A stretch of DNA of 64,000 nt from positions 32,001 through 96,000 of the IMG/VR virus record IMGVR_UViG_3300027963_000048; one strand, given 5' to 3'. The position numbers and the translations under genes are program-made. The notes beneath the pieces were generated by a model, which saw nothing but the letters and a program-made list of their open reading frames with translations, ran no database searches and was not told where the DNA came from. Source of the DNA: a virus. Positions 9,565 through 20,172 of this stretch are shown in pieces (within the stretch, counting starts at the first letter, position 1; each line of letters opens with the position of its first letter).

Positions 9565-11197
9565 CAAATTCGGTAAAGATCTCTTGCAATGGGCCCTAAA
9601 AAATAAGCATATATCGCAATCAGAACAAGCTTATATTCTAGGGATTTCTCTAGAAGCCTATAGACGTAGGATTAGGACAGCAGGCAAGCCGAAAGGGGTA
9701 TCGAATTTTAAACCAACGGGTAACCCGCTACCATGTATCCCACCAGATGGCCATTACAGTGACCCTGTCTGGTTACGTGACGCCTACGCCAAGCACTCCG
9801 TGCGAGATCTTGCCAGGCACTTCGGCATATCAAGTAAGAGGATAACAGATTACTTAACAAAATTCCGAATATCGAAACCAGTTGTACCGGTTAGCCCCTA
9901 TAATAACAGACAATGGTTATTTTTTTATTATTGGGTAAAGAGATTAAACGTAGCTCGCTTAGCCAAGAGAGCTGGAGTAGCATATGGTACCATTATGAAT
10001 TGGCTAACGAAGCATAGAGTGCCTATCCGACACATAGGGATCAGCAAACACCAGAGATTTCACGAGCATTATGTCTCGACCTTCAGGCAAATCCGCAACT
10101 GTCAGTGGCTGTCGGTAATTTGGCATGACCAAAAGTTCATCATGCTTTACGCTAATTTGAGGAAACGGTATTTTATAACATTGCATTTCGTAAACAAGGT
10201 CACAGATGGTCTGCAGATCACGCTATGGCAAAAACCAGCTATAACCGACTGGGATCGAATCTTTGTCTCGTGCAAAGAAGGCGATCTAACGCAAGAGCAG
10301 GCTAATCCCGCATATCTTAAAGCCACGATGGATTTCTCAGCCCATCCCTTGCATAGGATAGCGGTCCGAATGCAATTCTTTGACATGTTCAAAGCACAAA
10401 ACGGAAGATTCGATTTCGATAAATCTGATCTACTAGCCGATTTACAACAATGCTATGATACTAAACGCTCATTGATCACCAGAAATGGGAAATGGTTTTT
10501 CCATAGCATGCAGGGTAACAAGAAACAGAAGGGTAGACGCATTGCTTTCCATTGTTGGGGTTTATCTGAATATGTTAATAAATGGTATAGCATGCCGAAG
10601 TTTTTGCGCTGGGCTCCGCATCGTTATTTCGATAAAATTCAAAATCCCACCACTTTCGATATGCTAAATCAGGTATGTCAACACCGACGAAATAGCAGAC
10701 ACCCGGATCTACTTCCAGAGCCGTCCCTTTTAAGATTCATTTTAGAAGAGATAAAACCGGAGACCATGGTAGATCTTTGGCCTAATAAAGGCTTAAATGC
10801 TATCTCAGCACATATGGCTAATGTGCACTATCATAGCAGAGTGATAAGCGATGACAATATAAAACGTTTAAAATCCATCGGTATCTACGCCTACAGAGAG
10901 GATCCGTATCGCAAGTATGACCTTCTGGTTTGCCTGTCTAAGACATATAAAGTGAAGCCTTGGATGTTAGAGGGATTCTTCAGTAAGGCAGATAGGATTT
11001 TAATATATGCTAGTGCTTGGCATATTGGTGACACTATTAATTTGTACAAGCCTGAGCGTGTCTTCTCGTTAATCAATAGGTTCAAATCTAGAAAACCTCC
11101 GTATTATTTGCTATTGTTGAAAAAGGATGAGACGATGGCCTCGATTAGAGGCGCATCAGAGACATGGCCCAGTGAATTCCCACCCCGGCAAAGCTAA
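9548..11197 (+). CDS. Multi-HTH basic DNA-binding protein with degenerate methyltransferase-like C-terminus
   Basis: Repeated WL...Y...S...LA...G.S...I...L.K..I HTH units; C-terminal PETMVDLWPNKG resembles a decayed SAM-binding loop. Confidence 0.5.
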   Translation: MRPPVNKFGKDLLQWALKNKHISQSEQAYILGISLEAYRRRIRTAGKPKGVSNFKPTGNPLPCIPPDGHYSDPVWLRDAYAKHSVRDLARHFGISSKRITDYLTKFRISKPVVPVSPYNNRQWLFFYYWVKRLNVARLAKRAGVAYGTIMNWLTKHRVPIRHIGISKHQRFHEHYVSTFRQIRNCQWLSVIWHDQKFIMLYANLRKRYFITLHFVNKVTDGLQITLWQKPAITDWDRIFVSCKEGDLTQEQANPAYLKATMDFSAHPLHRIAVRMQFFDMFKAQNGRFDFDKSDLLADLQQCYDTKRSLITRNGKWFFHSMQGNKKQKGRRIAFHCWGLSEYVNKWYSMPKFLRWAPHRYFDKIQNPTTFDMLNQVCQHRRNSRHPDLLPEPSLLRFILEEIKPETMVDLWPNKGLNAISAHMANVHYHSRVISDDNIKRLKSIGIYAYREDPYRKYDLLVCLSKTYKVKPWMLEGFFSKADRILIYASAWHIGDTINLYKPERVFSLINRFKSRKPPYYLLLLKKDETMASIRGASETWPSEFPPRQS

Positions 11198-11213
11198 AGA
11201 GAAGGAGATTATA

Positions 11214-13835
11214 ATGGCCACAGCTTATACTCGGATTCCTCCCTACACACAACTTACGGATGCGTCGACTGTAGCAATATCAGGCCCAGATGGTCTGGCT
11301 ACTGATTACCTATTCGACGCTCAAAGCCGAGCGCTGTGGTTCAAGGATGCGCAAGCGGCTACGTTTCTACACGGCACGACGCACATCAGCGAAGACCCGA
11401 TCCCTGGAGCAACGTGCGACACGCCAGGGTTACTGTCAGCTAACGACAAATGTAAGCTCGATGCGTTGTTGCAGACCAGAATCGGCGTACTAGGTTTTCA
11501 AGGTGCCGGATTCCCAGACGATGGCGGTTGGCTCCAAGGCGATATCATTTTGGCTGCAGGCACGGAATTTATCAGCCTCGAACGTATCGGCAACGTTGTC
11601 CGCTTTACTGTCGATAGCCCAGTCCCGCTTACATGCTCATGCGAATCATGTAACCAGATTTTCTGGGTGCAAGATGATACAGACACCGCAAGTGTCCGCC
11701 CTCCCGTTTGCTCAGGCAAATTGCCTGGTGTTAACTCCTATGGCGAGTTAAAGGTCTACGTCTTTCCGCAGAGCACGATAGTTGATCCAAATAACCCGTC
11801 GGCCAAGTTAAATCTAAAAGGCAATTATCCATCATTGATCTTTAAACGCTATGATGATACATTATCACCTGGGTCGGCTGAATTCGAATTGACCCTTAAG
11901 CGCAGCTCATTAAATAAGCTCGTAATGGAGACTGGGTGGGCTTTCACCCCCGGAGCGGTAGGTGGAGTAGCCGAATGCATCTGGTTTACTGGCTTGGATG
12001 CCGACGGCAAGCAAACCAGCTTCCAATTTAAACCAGATTCTGACTCTAATGCCCTCGGCATGCTGTTGTACAAAGGCAATCTAATTACAAAGAAGATGGG
12101 AGTGGTTACAGGATATGATTCATCAATCCTGACCAGTAACATCTATCAATGGCGCCAATGGGATATCCTAAATCAAAAACCCATTGGCGATTCTTATACA
12201 GCCACTAACGTTTGGATGTACAAAAATCCCGGCAGCGTCAGCACTGGTACCAGCGCTCAGGCGTTGATGCTTGACTATACAATCGATATCTTGCCAATTG
12301 GAACGTTAACCGATATCTGGGCATTTCAAGTCGGTGAAGTGAACGGCGTGGTTAACTACCGATATTTCTTTAATCAACGGCCAAGTATTAACCCGAATCA
12401 AATCTGGTCCACGATCGACCACGTAAGCTTCGGCGACACCGTCGTAGCACGTGACATCCAAAATGAAATAGCACACAGTGTCGATGGCTTTCCGATGACG
12501 ACTGACGTTCAGCCTGCTACCATTTACGATGACGGTCGTAACATAGAATTGAGCCGCTGGGGTATAACCAATTACGACGTACCAATCATCCCAATCACCG
12601 CAAATGGAGTAACTGGAACCGGACCTGTGCAGGCTAGCGACCTCAACGGCGCTTACATCGACACGACAAGACCAGCATTATTGGTTTATCCAAACGCGCA
12701 CACGTCAGCTGGCACAGCGCCTTTCGGAAACTACCAGCAGCCCACTATGATTTGGAGTCGGTCAAGCCTTAAAGATGGTTTGATACGTATCAGAATGGGG
12801 CGGCCAGGGTCTCCTGGGACCATTGGTGGTTTGAGTTCATACTTTGGCCCGGTCATAGGCAGAAACTACTTCGACGTGCTATTGAAGGCTAAGATTGATG
12901 AAGAGATGGAAGCTTATGGCCAGGTCGAAGCCATTGGTACTTTCGATGGATATCCGTTCATCCAAATATCTGGTGTTGCGTTCCACGATATTCCCAAGTT
13001 CGGAACTATAGAAATAATCAGCACCAGCTCTGCGACGGCTGGTAAGACTTTCCAATTTAACCGCAAGACGATCTTTGCAGGTGGGACTGGAACTGGCACC
13101 GTCAAGGATCTGGTCATGGGTACCGTACTGCTGAACACGTACACCGGCGCTGAACCATACGTTGGTCAAGCGGGTGACATCGTCAGATTCATCCAACAGG
13201 ATTACTCAAATCCAGTCGCAAGGACCATCTGGAATTATCAAGTCGTCGATGGGCAACCGATCACCACTTTGCAATTTACAGTCGGTATGCTTGATATGAC
13301 CAAACCTTACAATTATAACACTTACCCTGTAGAGGCAACGGAACCCCAAGCTAGTGACATTATCAGGGGCCTGAATGATACAGGCACTTACGGTGGTCCG
13401 ATCAGTAGTGCGATCTACCAGCAGAATGGCTTGTACTTTGGTACTGGCACCAAACCACCAAGCAGCGTAAGCTCATTCTTCATCGTTGAAGGCGGTAGTT
13501 TTGGAAGTAGCGATGGTAAAGAGTATTGGAACGAACTGACGATTATGGTTAAAAGTGAGCAAGTCTGGATTTGGTGGAACGACCTCTTAATCCCACCAAA
13601 TGCTAATGAGACTAACGCTCAACAAAATCCACCTACGTTCCAAATCACTCAGCCATACTATCTGATGAAAGACTTCAGTGCTCTCACGAGTGCAAGCCCT
13701 GCTTATTATCAAAAGGAAATGGAAGGTAAATACGGTATTCGATGCTTCCCCGGAGCCGTGATTAGGGATATCGATATCAAGGGACAAGTGCAATTGTTCA
13801 ACGAATACATCTACGGAAATCTAAATCTTGGCTAA
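11214..13835 (+). CDS. Virion structural protein (tail fibre/baseplate associated)
   Basis: ATCDTPGLLSANDKCKLD tail-fibre-type motif; G/T/S-rich beta-type composition; AAGGAG RBS before ATG 11214. Confidence 0.6.
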   Translation: MATAYTRIPPYTQLTDASTVAISGPDGLATDYLFDAQSRALWFKDAQAATFLHGTTHISEDPIPGATCDTPGLLSANDKCKLDALLQTRIGVLGFQGAGFPDDGGWLQGDIILAAGTEFISLERIGNVVRFTVDSPVPLTCSCESCNQIFWVQDDTDTASVRPPVCSGKLPGVNSYGELKVYVFPQSTIVDPNNPSAKLNLKGNYPSLIFKRYDDTLSPGSAEFELTLKRSSLNKLVMETGWAFTPGAVGGVAECIWFTGLDADGKQTSFQFKPDSDSNALGMLLYKGNLITKKMGVVTGYDSSILTSNIYQWRQWDILNQKPIGDSYTATNVWMYKNPGSVSTGTSAQALMLDYTIDILPIGTLTDIWAFQVGEVNGVVNYRYFFNQRPSINPNQIWSTIDHVSFGDTVVARDIQNEIAHSVDGFPMTTDVQPATIYDDGRNIELSRWGITNYDVPIIPITANGVTGTGPVQASDLNGAYIDTTRPALLVYPNAHTSAGTAPFGNYQQPTMIWSRSSLKDGLIRIRMGRPGSPGTIGGLSSYFGPVIGRNYFDVLLKAKIDEEMEAYGQVEAIGTFDGYPFIQISGVAFHDIPKFGTIEIISTSSATAGKTFQFNRKTIFAGGTGTGTVKDLVMGTVLLNTYTGAEPYVGQAGDIVRFIQQDYSNPVARTIWNYQVVDGQPITTLQFTVGMLDMTKPYNYNTYPVEATEPQASDIIRGLNDTGTYGGPISSAIYQQNGLYFGTGTKPPSSVSSFFIVEGGSFGSSDGKEYWNELTIMVKSEQVWIWWNDLLIPPNANETNAQQNPPTFQITQPYYLMKDFSALTSASPAYYQKEMEGKYGIRCFPGAVIRDIDIKGQVQLFNEYIYGNLNLG

Positions 13836-14145
13836 GTTTACTCGGAGATTGGCGGTTAGCAGAGGCACGCACAAGGTCTCTGCTACCGAAGAAAACATCA
13901 AGGTCAAAATAAGACGAGCACTACTAACTGACCCTTTAGAACATGAACCCGTAAGTCCCTTCTCGAAAGGCCTGAAAGGCCATCAATTCATCGGTGAATT
14001 TAGTTTCAATGGAGTGCCCGCTCACGGGTTCGTGTTAAGGATATACGAACAGGGCCGGATGATCTTTAAGAGGGTCGTGCCACCTTCAGGCATTATTGGC
14101 GCTTTACCGTTAAAATCTAACCATTCCTATGTCATTACCCTCTAA
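13828..14145 (+). CDS. Hypothetical protein
   Basis: 105 aa ORF overlapping the stop of the upstream structural gene. Confidence 0.5.
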   Translation: MAKFTRRLAVSRGTHKVSATEENIKVKIRRALLTDPLEHEPVSPFSKGLKGHQFIGEFSFNGVPAHGFVLRIYEQGRMIFKRVVPPSGIIGALPLKSNHSYVITL

Positions 14146-15949
14146 TGAAATTACGCAGCAGCTTACTTTCAGCGAGGACACTCATTGTAATGCGGGTGTC
14201 GATTGAACGCAAGAGCTTATCTAATGATTCTACAATGATCGCACGGTCGATCGCATCCCATTCGTTAAAGAAATTGTAAGCGCTCTGCTGCTGTTGCAAT
14301 GCCTTTTCTTGCTCTGTTTTGGCCTTGCGTTTCGTGCCGCCTTCGGACGCTTCGTTACGCAAGATCAAAGCGACGGCTTTTAATTTTCCAAGTACCTCGT
14401 TGTATCTGTCTCGGCTCAGTTTATTGCTGTAAGTTAGCTTGCCTGGTGGTGCTACTTTTCCTTCTTTAGCCAGTTCTGTTAATTCTTCCTCTTCCGTCTC
14501 GAAACTGCGACGGATGCCATCAAGTGATAAGACTGGCATTCCGCTACGCAGCCAAGGCGATTTGTATGGTGGGCCTTCTTTGCTTGGTTCTAACTCAGGG
14601 TCTTCCGTCCCAGCGACGTACCAGCCCGGATTACCACGTGGTATTTGGATATTAGATCTTTCTGTGCCTTTGCCAGGGTAACTAGCAGCGGCTTCACCTA
14701 AGATCCGGAGGAGCATCCGGTATTCGGTCTCCTTCACCTTGGTGGTGTCGTAGGTCGATTGACCGCCAGTCGGTAGGCCAAGCTCAGTAAGTTTAGCTAG
14801 ATATGGCGTGTCTTTTATCATGTCTGCGTAGCCGTACAGCATTAACTCTATCATGTCGCTGATCATACCAGGATCTAAGCGATCAGCTTCTTGAGTCATA
14901 CGGTCTGGAACCGACCCTGCGGCTGAGGTGACACCACCTTCGGGGCCTTCCTTGGGCTTATCGAGGCTGGTCGTTTTAATCTGGGTTACGCGGTCCGGCG
15001 TGTCGATTGTACTAAGCATACCGGTGGAAGCACCCTTAGATGACGCCTGATTAAAGAAGTCAATGCGTTCTTGTAGTGCTATTATCCCCTGCAGTGCCTT
15101 TTTGGTAGCTTCCTCGTCTCCTGAGGATGCTATAGCGGCAAACTCTTTACAGGCTTTGACGATGTCGGTGCTGTACCAGCCAAATGGGTTATCTATGTTT
15201 TTGTCACTGCGCGATTCAACGTCGAATGGGGGCTTGACTTGTGCTGCTACCTTTAGCGCTTGCTCTGCGGTAGGATTGTCAATGATCGATTGCAGGCCCT
15301 TTATTCCATATAAAGGGTGGTTTTTGTGTAGTTGCGATGACTTTCCTGATGCAGCCATAGTCTCGGCTGTGCCGCCTAAGCCGTTAAGCATTGCGTGCTT
15401 TACGTCTACCATGAGCCGTTTGATGAATGGTGGTTCGCCTCTGTCTACACCTGGCCGAATCATTTGACTTAGAGCTGTTAGGCCAAGCGAATAATAGTCT
15501 TCCCAAGACCCAGAACGGCTTCCTTTGCCAGCTAGCTTTTTCGCTATGCGATAAACTGGCGCCGATCCGTATGAGCCAGGATTGCGTGGTGATCGTCCCT
15601 TTTCGGTATCACTACGTGTCTGCCCAGTGATAGCTACGGTGGGGTCTCCCGCTACCGCGATGATGAATTGCTCAGGCGTGAATTGCGGCGCTGGCCCGCC
15701 GGGAGCAAAGTCCGGCGGTGGGGTAAAATTCTTGCTGCGCCATTCTTTTGTATAATGCGCCTTGCTATCGAGCGGATTGATCGTATTATGCAATATGTCT
15801 TCTGCATAGCCACGATTATAACCAGCTGCGTAGGGATCTATCCAAGGCGCAGTCTTACTGTCTGCTTCAGAAAGGATCAGCTTAAATGCTGCAGCGCTTT
15901 CAGCTATCAGCCGAGCCAAAGATGCCGATAAAGAAGATTTAAAATCCAT
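14135..15949 (-). CDS. Divergent sigma70-family factor, possibly virion-packaged
   Basis: Region 2-like PVYRIAKKLA..WEDYYSLGLTALSQMI..DRGEPPFIKRLMVDVKHAM (aa ~130-190); region 3-like TTSLDKPKEG; region 4-like ETEYRMLLRILG..LSLDGIRRSF..LSRDRYNEVLGKLK; I/L-x-E motifs at both ends. Confidence 0.55.
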   Translation of the reverse strand: MDFKSSLSASLARLIAESAAAFKLILSEADSKTAPWIDPYAAGYNRGYAEDILHNTINPLDSKAHYTKEWRSKNFTPPPDFAPGGPAPQFTPEQFIIAVAGDPTVAITGQTRSDTEKGRSPRNPGSYGSAPVYRIAKKLAGKGSRSGSWEDYYSLGLTALSQMIRPGVDRGEPPFIKRLMVDVKHAMLNGLGGTAETMAASGKSSQLHKNHPLYGIKGLQSIIDNPTAEQALKVAAQVKPPFDVESRSDKNIDNPFGWYSTDIVKACKEFAAIASSGDEEATKKALQGIIALQERIDFFNQASSKGASTGMLSTIDTPDRVTQIKTTSLDKPKEGPEGGVTSAAGSVPDRMTQEADRLDPGMISDMIELMLYGYADMIKDTPYLAKLTELGLPTGGQSTYDTTKVKETEYRMLLRILGEAAASYPGKGTERSNIQIPRGNPGWYVAGTEDPELEPSKEGPPYKSPWLRSGMPVLSLDGIRRSFETEEEELTELAKEGKVAPPGKLTYSNKLSRDRYNEVLGKLKAVALILRNEASEGGTKRKAKTEQEKALQQQQSAYNFFNEWDAIDRAIIVESLDKLLRSIDTRITMSVLAESKLLRNFIRG

Positions 15950-15959
15950 CGAAGTAACC

Positions 15960-16496
15960 TCATAGCGTTTTATTATTTTTCATGGGAAGGTATAACAGAT
16001 TGTGGTTGACTTTTGCTCGGTCTAGAAACTCACGAAAAGGAAATTCAGTAGGTTGGTAATATAATTCCCGATGCTTCCGTATAAGACAGCTGCGAAGATC
16101 AACAGCTCCAAATTGATCCGTTGCAAATACAACGTCAGCCTTGTAATCGTCCAACGCTTGTTTCATTTTCGATAGTAGATCTTTTGGCTTGACACTATTC
16201 CAATATATGAAGCAAGGACCTAAGCTGTTATGGCTTGCGAGGTTTAGACACGTGCCGACAGTTAAGTCTTCCTCGGTATCATAAATCGACACCATACGCG
16301 CCGCTTCAATATCTAGATCAGCGGCTTTGGTTAAATTACTGGTATTATTAAGCAAGATGATTTCTTTATATGGATAATCTTGCTCTTGAACATTAGAAAG
16401 CAACTCCATGGCGTTATCATGTGCGTCAGGATATACGATTAGGGCCACACTGATTAGTTCAATGTGGCCCGTATGATTAGATTTTTGGAGTGACAT
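15960..16496 (-). CDS. Degenerate GT2-like protein
   Basis: QEQDYPYKEIILLNN and GTCLNLA match the GT2 N-terminus, but the DxD position reads IYWNS. Confidence 0.5.
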   Translation of the reverse strand: MSLQKSNHTGHIELISVALIVYPDAHDNAMELLSNVQEQDYPYKEIILLNNTSNLTKAADLDIEAARMVSIYDTEEDLTVGTCLNLASHNSLGPCFIYWNSVKPKDLLSKMKQALDDYKADVVFATDQFGAVDLRSCLIRKHRELYYQPTEFPFREFLDRAKVNHNLLYLPMKNNKTL

Positions 16497-16800
16497 TAGT
16501 GAGAATGTACTCGATGATCTTTTTAAGCAGGAAGCTAGCGATCAGTTCCCAAGGGAATAGCAAATGCGGTTGAGGCTCGCCGTTAGCGACGATCTCTATT
16601 AGTGTTAAAGGGTCTTGCTCGGCTGCTTGCGAGACGAATTGTGTGCCCTCTGGAGCACCAAGGATTTGCTTTTGGCAGTAACCTTGTACCACCCAAGCAT
16701 CTAGGGCGAATTGAGCCCGATTCTCTACGACTGTGCCAGCCCTCAACAGCTTTACTACGTTGAGCATTTCTTGAACTGGGACATCTGCCGGATAATTCAT
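16477..16800 (-). CDS. Hypothetical protein
   Basis: AGGAGG RBS; amphipathic C-terminus. Confidence 0.6.
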   Translation of the reverse strand: MNYPADVPVQEMLNVVKLLRAGTVVENRAQFALDAWVVQGYCQKQILGAPEGTQFVSQAAEQDPLTLIEIVANGEPQPHLLFPWELIASFLLKKIIEYILTNVTPKI

Positions 16801-16845
16801 AAGCCACCTCCTTTTCTAAATGTATGTACTAACGAAATATAAATT

Positions 16846-17109
16846 ATGAAACTAAATCGGATAATAGAAGACAGTAACTTCAATTCAGTCCAACCGGCTG
16901 GAGTAAATTCATGGGCTGGGGCCAAGATGGCACAAGATATCATGGATCCAGAATTACACACGCCCGATAACGAACCCACAGACGTTAACCTATCATCACC
17001 GGGTGCAGAAGAGACTGATCTACTCACTACCAGCATTGATGATACAGAAAAAGCGATGGATACCTTCTCATGGATGATCCCAACCTTCAAGGATCCAACG
17101 GTAAAATGA
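16846..17109 (+). CDS. Small acidic protein with MKLxxIIE leader (putative internal head protein)
   Basis: Starts MKLNRIIED; AAATATA-N4-ATG upstream. Confidence 0.55.
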   Translation: MKLNRIIEDSNFNSVQPAGVNSWAGAKMAQDIMDPELHTPDNEPTDVNLSSPGAEETDLLTTSIDDTEKAMDTFSWMIPTFKDPTVK

Positions 17110-17639
17110 CATTCTCAGACACACTTGACCTCCTGATGGTCGACCCGAAGCAAGTTGAACGCAATAGCGTCCTGCAAGACTGCATCCACACTTCGAAAGA
17201 ATTAGAAAAAACGCGCTACAAATTGATGAATCTAGAACATAAGCTCAAGACACTGCACCATAAACTAAATTGCGAGTTAGCTATGCAATTTAGGAAGGAA
17301 TACCCTAATTTAAATATTAATATTCATAGAAACAATTGCAAAGTAGGCTATAAAAGCAAGCATCTTCTACTAAAACCAGACTTCAAGAAGCAATTTTGGA
17401 GCGTCGACAGTGCCGATTCAGCGTTCGCTAACAGATTCAAGCGAGACGCAAGGGCTGTCTTACTGCTGAGTACACCATTGACCGAATTAATAGCCAAAAT
17501 AGCTGAATTTTTCCGTCTAGCCTATAAAAGCTTAGGCGAAGACATAACTGATCATGACGGAGTGTTGATTATCGAAGGTAAATCAGCCAATTTGATGCAA
17601 CTTGTCCAATTTTCGAGGAGCGCCGATGTTATCTCTTAA
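17106..17639 (+). CDS. Hypothetical protein
   Basis: ATGA overlap with the upstream gene. Confidence 0.6.
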   Translation: MTFSDTLDLLMVDPKQVERNSVLQDCIHTSKELEKTRYKLMNLEHKLKTLHHKLNCELAMQFRKEYPNLNINIHRNNCKVGYKSKHLLLKPDFKKQFWSVDSADSAFANRFKRDARAVLLLSTPLTELIAKIAEFFRLAYKSLGEDITDHDGVLIIEGKSANLMQLVQFSRSADVIS

Positions 17640-18489
17640 GAGCATAGTCTCAGTTATTAAGGCAGCGATTGGAAACCAGGCCTCCTACATGCCAGTTTAT
17701 GAAGATACTAACATGTTAAGCTTCGTCGTAGCTGGTAACCAGAAAGACCTGCTACCTGCGATATCAACCGTAAGAGCCAAATGCGAGGCATGGGGCTTGC
17801 ATTGTGAGGACGCCAGAGTCAGAGGTGGGCGAGTTTGCATGATTAGTCACCGAGCCCTTTCCGAGCACGAAACCGCCATCATCGGTTCCTTGCTTGGTGA
17901 GCAGATAAACTTAGGCACCTTTGAAAACAGACTCGACAGGGCGCTCCAAGAAGATCAATTCAAATCAGCGACGTCTGGTATTACCAGAGCGAACCAGTCA
18001 AGTCGTCAGCGGCAGTACTACGACCCGAAAAGGGCAACGTACGCCGGTAAAAGAACACTACCTACAAGAAGAACTGCCGTATCAGAGAGTATACATGGCA
18101 TAGCGACAGCTACCGGCGAACAGCCTAAAGCTCTATTCCAGAAATTCGGAGTCGCATTGAGAAGCCTTGGTAACAATTTAGGGATAGGTGCAATACAAGA
18201 CATCCTAAAATCCAAAGGTATCCAATATAAAAAATCTAATGACGGATTAAGTCTAATATTCACAGTAAAGAACGCACAGACTGGAACTGATATACCAATC
18301 CACCGCATCACATGTGAGACGCTCGAAAGTCCGAACGACTTCCAAGAATCGTTATTGGCTCTTCTAGATATAGCAAGAGGTGATGCACCAGGGTCATTTC
18401 AGGCTAAGCAAGCACAAATGCAAGATATTCAGAAATCAGCCAGAGAGATCTCTACGGCGGTGGCTAGTCCTAACCCTCTGCAACAGTAG
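17626..18489 (+). CDS. Hypothetical protein (possible processed head protein)
   Basis: GAGGAG RBS; internal ALSE/ALQE/AVSE motifs. Confidence 0.6.
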   Translation: MLSLKSIVSVIKAAIGNQASYMPVYEDTNMLSFVVAGNQKDLLPAISTVRAKCEAWGLHCEDARVRGGRVCMISHRALSEHETAIIGSLLGEQINLGTFENRLDRALQEDQFKSATSGITRANQSSRQRQYYDPKRATYAGKRTLPTRRTAVSESIHGIATATGEQPKALFQKFGVALRSLGNNLGIGAIQDILKSKGIQYKKSNDGLSLIFTVKNAQTGTDIPIHRITCETLESPNDFQESLLALLDIARGDAPGSFQAKQAQMQDIQKSAREISTAVASPNPLQQ

Positions 18490-18495
18490 ACTCAC

Positions 18496-20172
18496 ATGAA
18501 ACTTGCACTTATTCTAGAGGCGAAGCTTAACCGCCCTTGGCTCGAAAAACAGCTCGGTAAAGATAATCCAGCTGTTCAAAAAATCGTGAACACTGATCCA
18601 ACCGAAGGTTCATATTACCAATGGTTGGCATCTTTGTACAAGAAGCGCGGATCAGATGACTTCTTAACTCGGGAATTACGCGCAGACATCGACGAATGGG
18701 ATCGCAATAAACAAGCATTGAAAAATCTTGAAATCAGCAGTGACTTAAACGGCAAGGACTTGACGTACTTGGCGGACAATCTAGAATCATTAAGGTACGA
18801 TAGGGCTTTGAGAGCGTCTACAGGCTTAGGCAGCGGTGTCTATCACCTCAGTAAAGATTATCCAGGCGCTAAAATATTACTGAATGACGGACAGTATATT
18901 CTGTTCGAGATAGCGGGCAAAGACGCAGCTTCGATTGATAGTCTTGAGCGACTTGGGATGGGCACGTCTTGGTGTACTAGAAAAGGCAGTAATATCAGTG
19001 GGGCTGCGCAGCGATATCTAAAATCACGCACGCAGTATGTTCTATATAGGGATAAAAAACCTCTATATCAATTCGATGATAAAGACTTCATGAATGCTAG
19101 AAATGAAAATGTTATCCCTGAGCGTGATGCCGCTTCGAAGATCCTTGATGCCATGGGATATGCGTGTAATGAAGCATTGATGGTGGCTCAGATAGCCTAT
19201 GGCGATCCGAAATCTGTCAATATGACGCAAGACATGGTCAATAAGTACAAGCAAGGTGTATACCGTTTCGATGGAGTTACCGGTTTTCAACGCATTCCAG
19301 CGTTGGAAGCGTTTATCAAGTCAGACATGCACGAATACATCTTGTACGCCACCCAAATTCTAAAAAGGCGCGTGCCGGAAATCGAGGAATGGTTCATTAA
19401 TAATAACAATAAGTTTAGATCCCATACACAGCGCTACTTTACTGACCACTTGACTAACTACCTGTTATCATGCTGCAAATTTGAGGAATGGCCGGAGGGT
19501 GAAGAACTGCTGAAGGAGAATTTGGCTGCATATACACGTTATTTTGTGCAACGCCGCACTCAACCCAACGTGTTAATAGAACGTTCGCCTGAATTGGAAA
19601 AATGGCTGTTAGCCGCCGTTAATTTGGTACCCGTGGATTTTGTAGAAGATGGCAATCTAAATCTGATATTAAATTACCTATGGGACCTCAAAGTTGGAGA
19701 ATGGCCGGAAGGTGAGAAAAGACTCCTTAACAGTGCTAGCTTAGAGGGTTTACGGTATGCTATACACGTACACAAACGTTCCATAGCCGTAGAGAATTGG
19801 CTGGCGGCAGAGTGCTCAATCTTCCATGTCAAGGATTACGTAGCCCATGTGACGGATGGTAAACCGATTCCAGATTTCGAAGATAAAGCCATAGCGGCTA
19901 TGAAGTCCTCTTTAGCAACTAAGCCGCGTGATGGACAGTATCCGTATCCGGAACCTGTTTTCGCAGCGAGGTACGCACTTGAGGTATTAAAGCGACGGTG
20001 GCCTGCTGCTGAAAATATAATCTCGCTTGGTCGGCCTAACCATCCAGACATTGAAGCGTATTTTAAAGAATTCAATTATGCCATGGGTCATCAAGGCTTA
20101 ACTAACCAACCGTCAGGACGTACAGGAATGCCCGGCCAAAAGCCATGGGCTCTGTACAGCGAATCAAAGTAG
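18496..20172 (+). CDS. Paralogue 1: MKLxLILE leader, G-T-x-W-C-T domain and degenerate WPEAE helical repeats
   Basis: N-terminal ~200 aa clearly homologous to the next two genes. Confidence 0.75.
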   Translation: MKLALILEAKLNRPWLEKQLGKDNPAVQKIVNTDPTEGSYYQWLASLYKKRGSDDFLTRELRADIDEWDRNKQALKNLEISSDLNGKDLTYLADNLESLRYDRALRASTGLGSGVYHLSKDYPGAKILLNDGQYILFEIAGKDAASIDSLERLGMGTSWCTRKGSNISGAAQRYLKSRTQYVLYRDKKPLYQFDDKDFMNARNENVIPERDAASKILDAMGYACNEALMVAQIAYGDPKSVNMTQDMVNKYKQGVYRFDGVTGFQRIPALEAFIKSDMHEYILYATQILKRRVPEIEEWFINNNNKFRSHTQRYFTDHLTNYLLSCCKFEEWPEGEELLKENLAAYTRYFVQRRTQPNVLIERSPELEKWLLAAVNLVPVDFVEDGNLNLILNYLWDLKVGEWPEGEKRLLNSASLEGLRYAIHVHKRSIAVENWLAAECSIFHVKDYVAHVTDGKPIPDFEDKAIAAMKSSLATKPRDGQYPYPEPVFAARYALEVLKRRWPAAENIISLGRPNHPDIEAYFKEFNYAMGHQGLTNQPSGRTGMPGQKPWALYSESK

